From: the human T2T-CHM13v2.0 reference genome, Homo sapiens
Assembly: GCF_009914755.1 (NCBI RefSeq)
Contig: NC_060933.1
DNA: 64,000 bases
Direction: 5' to 3' (one strand)
Each line of letters starts with the position of its first letter. Position 1 is the stretch's first letter. Under the pieces are notes generated by a model. The model saw nothing but the letters and a program-made list of their open reading frames with translations. It searched no databases and had not been told where the DNA came from. Shown one piece after another: positions 55,591 through 64,000 of the stretch. Made by a program: the position numbers and the translations under genes.

Positions 55591-56701
55591 TTCCACAAAC
55601 AAACTGACCTACACCAGAGATGGGGCAAGACTTAGCTTTGCAGCAGTACACCCAGGAGGGATCTCTTAGGCCCCACTCAAGAGCAAAGTTTGGGAACACC
55701 TAATGGCCTGGGACAGTACAGTAGAAAAAGGAAAAACAAAAACAAAGACCTTCAGGTCAAAAATTTTAAAAATTAAGAATTCTCTCTTACATAAGATTAC
55801 AGACTAGTCAAGGGTCTTTAATTACTGAACTGGCCTCTTCAAAAGTAATTTAATTAAATGGTTACTCATCTTGAGACACTGTAAGAAAAGTAAGTCCCTT
55901 GATGGTTTTTGCAAAATAACAAGATCATTGGATAGCTCTTCAAATAATGGACTTTCAGTTCAGCTGCATTTTATCTTACATTTCTAAATGCCTACTAAGC
56001 ATTCATTCACCAAATAGGCGACTAGGCTATATGCTGATATAAGAGACTAAGCCCCTGGTCTCAAATTCAGTCTGATACTTAAGAGCTAATGTAAAGTAAG
56101 TGTAAACTGTTAGGGAGCAGCGTGGAAATCAAATCCATGCAGGGAGGTCTGGGAAGGGTTTCCAAAGGAGCTGTCTGACAAGAATATTGAAAGATGCCAT
56201 CCTTTAAATCCATTTTAACAAAAGTAAGCTAGATAAAGAAGACAGAACAGTTCTATCTTGGAGAGGAAGCTCCTGAGAGACTGGTGTCTTAGAGAGCAGG
56301 GGTAGAAAAGTGTTTCAGGAAGACAAAAAAACAAATATGAAGACACAAAGGCAAGAAAAAGCAGAGGTGCCCTCTTCAAAGAACTCTAGGAAGTTCAATA
56401 AGACCGGAAGATAGTGTGAATGAGAAGAGCAGAGTGGCGTAAGAATGCAGAGGGAGGTTGGGACCAGGGCATAGAAGGTCTCACATTTGCTATGAGGAAG
56501 CAGCACAATTCAGTGGCTGGAAGCACAGGTGAGGAAAGAAGACTCCCCAGGTTCAAATCCCAGGTCTATTCTTACTACTTAGATGGCTATAGGCAAGTTA
56601 GTTAACGTCGAGATGTCCCAGTCTCCTCATGTGTAAAAATGAGGCTTACATAAATTCGTATCTCATTTGAGAATGAAGTGAAATAATACATATAAAATGC
56701 T

Positions 56702-57001
56702 GGCTGGGCACAGTGGCTCACACCTGTAATCCCAGCACTTTGGGAGGCTAAGGCAGGTAGACCACCTGAGGCCAGGAGTTCCAGACCTGCCTGGCCAACA
56801 TGGTGAAACCCCGTCTCTATTAAAAATACAAAAAAATTAGCCAGGTATGGTGGCGCATGCTTGTAATCCCAGCTACTTGGGAGGCTGAGGCAGAAGAATC
56901 ACTTGAACCCGGGAGGCAGAGGCTTCAGTGAGCCAAGATGGCACCACTGCACTAGCCTGGGCGACAGAGAGAGATTCCGTCTTGAAAAATAAATAAATAA
57001 A
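56702..57001 (+). mobile_element. AluS inserted in a MIR element (about 56500..57060)
   Basis: Canonical dimer; MIR motifs gttcaaatccc and ctcaataaatgttagctat. Confidence 0.9.
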
Positions 57002-58817
57002 GTTTAGAACAATGCTGGGTATGTAGGAAGTACTCAATAAATGTTAGCTATCATCATCATCAATATCAATCTGTTGGCTTCGACAGTATAAACTAGAAGC
57101 AGAAGCCACTAACCCTTCTGTAGTATTTCTTTGTACCTCTCCTCCCCTTTCTACTTTATAGTATAGCCATCTATCTTCCCTTAGTAGACATTTTTAGATC
57201 TCCCCACAGAGCTAAGCAAAATATCTTGTATCTGTAGAGTAGGCACTGAAAGATTCGAGAAAAAGCTAAACCCAATCAATTAAATCTTCAAAACTGTGGC
57301 TTAAGGAATAACTCTCCAACTTGCTAATGGCACTAAAATATGCAGTAAATATGCAGTAAAGCTTAGCTACATCAATGGAAACTGCACTATTTTTCTAGTT
57401 AATACACAAATGACTCAGCACATTTTTCGAGCACCTCAGACTTCACAAAAGCATGAAAGGAGTAGCACACAGAGAAAATAAACAAAGTATTTGAAAATTA
57501 TGAATATAAGATTTGGCAAACTGCTTTTATCCAACAGATCTGTATTTTAATGACTTCTGTCTCAATGATACCCTTCAGCACTTCAAAAACCACAAGGAAT
57601 TGGCCTGGAATCAGAGTCCAAAAAAAAAAACAAAAAACAACAGTCCAGGCAGGGAGATGATAAACTGAACAGAACAATGCCAGGACTGAGAATCTTGGCC
57701 AAGTTGTGGTATTAGAATGGTATTGTATTTAAAAGCCACAGCTAAAAATAGGCACATAAACAAGGGAACATAATCTTGGGACTCAAGGACTAAAGAAAAA
57801 AAAGGAAAGAACATCCAAGGTTTCAGGTATCAATCTACCCAGAGACAGGGCCAGCATTAAGCAGAAGCCAAATAACAGGGATCTACACAAATCCAAACAA
57901 GCATGCTACTGACATTAGCAGCCTAGCACCAGGGGGCAGAAACTCAGAGTCCGGCACACAAGAAAGAGACCACAGGTCAGACAGTGTCTGTTAATACAAC
58001 AACTCAACGATGAGCAGACTAACTTTTTTAATAAGCATGGGTAAATATACTTTAAATCCAGTCTAAATAAGGAGATACTTCTTGATCCACTCCATTCTTT
58101 TTCACAGGGATAGCAGCAGTTACCAGAAATACATCCAAACATGCTTATTGGAAGCAGGCACCGCATACCAAATAACACCTCCCCAGCCTGCAAAGTTCCC
58201 TTTGAAGAAGGCTTCTGTTTCCATTACTAATGTGGAAAATACAACTCCCTCTCAATGGCTTCTAGTATCACGTCACAAGGGCCTGGAGATGGACCAGTAG
58301 ACTTTTCTCTAGGCCTGTTTAACTTGCAGTATCAGAAGTGGGGACTGGGAGGGGAGCAGTAAAACATTTGGTTTGCTCCCTTTTTCCAATTTGGGCTTGA
58401 CTGAACCAAACTTGTTCACTCATATCTCATGCTATCCCAAAACAAGTAAGGCAACTATCAGGATTCATCTCTGCAAAGACATTTCTAGTCATTTACAAAC
58501 AATTACCAATGCCAGGAGGAACAGCACTCAGCTGTACTTGCTGGTACTTCTCAGGCTGGGTATCCAGGCTATTATAGATATATCTGATGATTGTTTCACT
58601 AACTTTTGAAGAAATTTCTTATACTCAGAGAAAATGGCTCTCTGAGCCTAAGTTTCTTCATTTGTAAAATAAGCATAACACCAATCTCACTAGACTGCTT
58701 AAAAAAAACTAAGAGTATTTTTAAAGAGTCTAACACAGCCTTACTTATAGGAGATAACAATGCTAGTGTACCTCTTTCCTCAGACGCCAAGGGAACATAC
58801 TGAACGTGGATTCCAGG

Positions 58818-59153
58818 TGCTATGGTTTGAGTGTTTGTGCTCCAAAACTTATGTTAAATTTAATTGCCGTTACCACAGTATTAACAGGTGGGACCTTTAA
58901 GAGGTGATTAGGCCATCAGGGCTCAGCCCTCATGGGTAGGATTAATGTCATTATAAAAGGGTGAGTTCAGCCCCAGCCATCTCTTGCTCGCCCTTGTACC
59001 ACGTGATGATACAGCAAGAAGATCCTCACCAGATGCCAGCACCTTGACATTGGCCTTCTCAGCCTCCAGAACTGTGAGCCAATAAATTTCTGTTCATTGT
59101 AAGTTTCCAAGTCTGTGTTACTCTGTCACAGCAGGACAAAACAGACTAAGCCA
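58818..59153 (+). mobile_element. MST/MLT1A-type MaLR solo LTR
   Basis: tgctatggtttgagtgtttgt...ccagaactgtgagccaataaatttctgttc...cagactaag. Confidence 0.85.
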
Positions 59154-59372
59154 TAAGGTTTCTACTAAGTAAGGTTTCTGGGATCTAGGAGGCAAGGAAG
59201 CTAGGTCATGTAGTTGTGTTAAGTCAACAGGACCAATATGGAAAACTGAAGGAGCTGACAACTACAACTGATGCAAGAAGGATGAGTACTCAATACTTTT
59301 TCAGGATGACTGACACTTACTCAAAGAGCCTGGGGAGGGGAAAGAACGCTGGGCTTAGGGTCAAGAACCTAT

Positions 59373-60210
59373 GTTTATTTATTTATTATCATTATTATTA
59401 CTTTTAAGACAGGGTCTCACCTCTGTAGCCCAGGCTGGAGTACAGTGGCATGATTACTACTCACTGCAGCCTTGACCTCCTGGGCTCAAACAATCCTCCA
59501 TCTTCAACCCTCCCAGTAGCTGGGACTATAGATGCACACTACCACACCCAGCTAATTTTTATTTTATTTTATTTTTATGTATTTATTTATTTTCTGTAGA
59601 GACAGGGTCTCACTATCTTGACCAGGCAAGGTTAGTCTTGAACTCCTGGGCTCAAGCAATCCTCCCGCCTTGGCCTCATAAAATGCTGGAATTATAGCAT
59701 GAGCCATTATGCCTGGCCAAGGACCTAAGTTTAAATCTTAGCTCCACTAGTCACCTGTGTGACTGCAGGCTAGTCAGTTAATCTCTAGAAGTATCTTCAT
59801 CTGTAAATGAAGATACCATCTATCTTACAAAGATTTATTTGTTTGAGTTCTGTTTTGTTTGCTTGTGGATTTAAAAAGATAGCACATTTAAAAGCACTTG
59901 AAAGTTCTTGGCTCATGACAGGCACTTAAATATTTTTCCCTTATTATCTTAAGCTTTTGGGAAATACTATGTTAGAACTTCTCAGGTCTAAGAGAAAACC
60001 ACTGAGTAAGACCCTTGGGTTCAGAAGCAACCACTGAAACTAACTCAGCAATGATCCACAAGAAGAGTTTTCTGAGGCGGAGGTGGGAGCACTGCTTGAG
60101 CCCAGGAGTTAAGCTGCAGTGAGCTATGGTCACACCACCACTGCACTCCAGCCTGGGCAACAGAGCGAGTCTTAGTCTCTAAAAACAAAATAAAATAAGA
60201 ACAATAAATA
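59373..60210. mobile_element. AluJ (-) 59373..59718 and Alu right arm (+) 60073..60210
   Basis: Alu motifs. Confidence 0.87.
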
Positions 60211-62146
60211 AATAGAAGAGTACTCTGGGTCTAGGAACCAAACTCAGGCTTTGAATTCTGATGAAATCCAGGACTAATTCTGTGAGTCTAGTGAACCACA
60301 GCACAAAACCTTCAAAGCTCAGAAGACATAGAGAAAGATACCCACACAAGTGACTGGAAAACAAGAGCAAGTGATACAACGGGACACTGGAAATGACAAG
60401 GAAAGAGCCGATGCACACACTGTTGTGGCAGTATACTAAAGCATTCCTGTACCTACCTATATTACAGTGACATCTACAGCAGGAAACTGACTGTAAGTAC
60501 AAGAGAAGGGCTGTCCCATTACACACCAGATGGTTTGAGTTCTGATTCTTAAAAAGAAACGATGTTCTTAGGGGCAAGAAGAAAAAAATACTCAGAAATT
60601 TAGGAAAAAGAAACACTTAAAAGATTTATTTTATGATGAGGATTATTTAGACTAGAAGTCCAGAAAGGGATTCTAGATCAATAATCACCTATCTTGACAC
60701 AGGTTGAAATGAAAGTTAAACAAAATAAATAAAACCAAGATTTCCAAATCTGTACTCAACATTTATTCTGTGTGTCTGTGATTTCCTTCCTTGTCATAGC
60801 CTGTAATACAAATAACAGCAATCTGGCTTGCATATCAGCACATCACTACTCTAAGTTTATGGCTAGTATTCATAATCGACCATGGTCTTCTTTTTCCCCT
60901 TGCTCAAAAATTGGTCTTAGAAGTCTTATTACCCTTACAGTTTTCTAGGCTGCTGTCATGAGATGACTAGAATTTACACCGTAGAGAAAACCCAACCACA
61001 ACCTTTGGTTTAGACTTGCATTACTTATATTCTTATAACAATTACTTACTTGGCCCTGGACAAAAGCAGTCAAAAGGGGAAACCATTCTGGCATAAGAGG
61101 TAAAGGGTAAGCAGAACTGTCTGAGTCACTTGCCATTAGGTGAAAGAAAACAAAGGAGATAAAACTAACCAGAAAAACAAGTCGAAACTGCCAAGCTTTC
61201 TACAGCAGTTGCCAAAACAGGAAATTTACTTCCACTAGTCAGATATATAACCACAGAGTCTAACAGATTATAACCAGGAAGACAGGCTGAACAAAGAAAA
61301 CTTAGACACCAAAATATAAAATAAAATAAAATAAAATCTTCCCTATTTTCCACTGTCAGAGAGATATATAGTTATGGTTACTTTGTTTCAGGAATTTTAA
61401 AATTCTAAATATATATTTACAAATAAAAATATGGCTTACAATTGTTAGATATTACTCATTTATCAAATAAAATAATAAAAAGCAAATTAATTTTTAAAAA
61501 CTTTTACAAGGTACCTGTACAAATACACCAGAGTACCACAAACAGCCTCATGATGAGAATAAAATGAAGATGTTAAAAATAATGCTGTATAAGTGTATTC
61601 ATTGACACAGAAAGTTCCTCATGACATAATTAAGTTTAAAATGTGGGTTACAAAACAGAATGTTCACTGTGATCTAGTTTTTTTGTGTTTTTAAAAGCCT
61701 AAAGGCAAAACAACTATTAGTTAACATTTTGGTATAATCTGTAGACAGTGAGATTTTGAGTGATTTTTAGTTTCTTCCTTTTGTTTCTCTGTATTTCCTA
61801 ACTTTACTGCAACACACATATTATCTGAGAAATTAATTCTTTTTAAAACATACTGCAGCTAGTAATCTGCTCTTGGAGTTTATTATCGCCATCAGAAAGA
61901 AGCAAGGAGTAAAGTATTGGTCAACTGTAGAAGCTTTGTGTTCAGATTTACCTCTCCAGTCACAGCTGCTTCCACACGGCTGGGTAACCAGAAGTCTGAT
62001 CTGATGATTTGAGGACCACTACTATATCCTGACAACCTCCCCACTTACAACTCATTAGAGACCTCTACCTTTAACAAACTATTTGCAGATATAGGTCACT
62101 CACAGCCAGGGTACCTCAAAATAATCTTTAAAAGCACATGGTCTAT

Positions 62147-64000
<1,854 letters not shown>

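Overview
Primate genomic DNA, almost certainly human chr9q31, lying entirely inside the TMEM245 (C9orf5) gene on the minus strand. I located eleven consecutive internal coding exons by their GT-AG boundaries (exons 4-14 by the usual numbering, which is from memory). They total 1324 nt and splice into one uninterrupted reading frame (GAELPGQ...VEEAI[R]). They include a 24-nt microexon that the ORF track misses. The intron downstream of the last exon carries the complete MIR32 hairpin. The rest is typical Alu-rich intron: about 44 Alu elements or fragments, L1, L2 and MIR pieces, MLT/MST LTRs, an ERVK solo LTR, Tigger/MER DNA transposons and a Y3 RNA retrocopy. No prokaryotic-type system is present, and almost all ORFs in the track are repeat-derived noise. 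The most interesting signals are: (1) an ancient ~1-kb inversion that splits an Alu and leaves a ~200-bp non-repeat inverted duplication with a 66-bp perfect core, plus a templated copy of the Alu arm; (2) an Alu-flanked exon 10-14 block whose back-spliced circle (591 nt) would be a stop-free endless ORF; (3) an L1PA 3-prime transduction; (4) a NAGNAGNAG acceptor, the microexon and several cryptic or poison exon candidates; (5) RBFOX motifs on the miR-32 hairpin. Repeat boundaries and subfamily names were judged by eye and are approximate.
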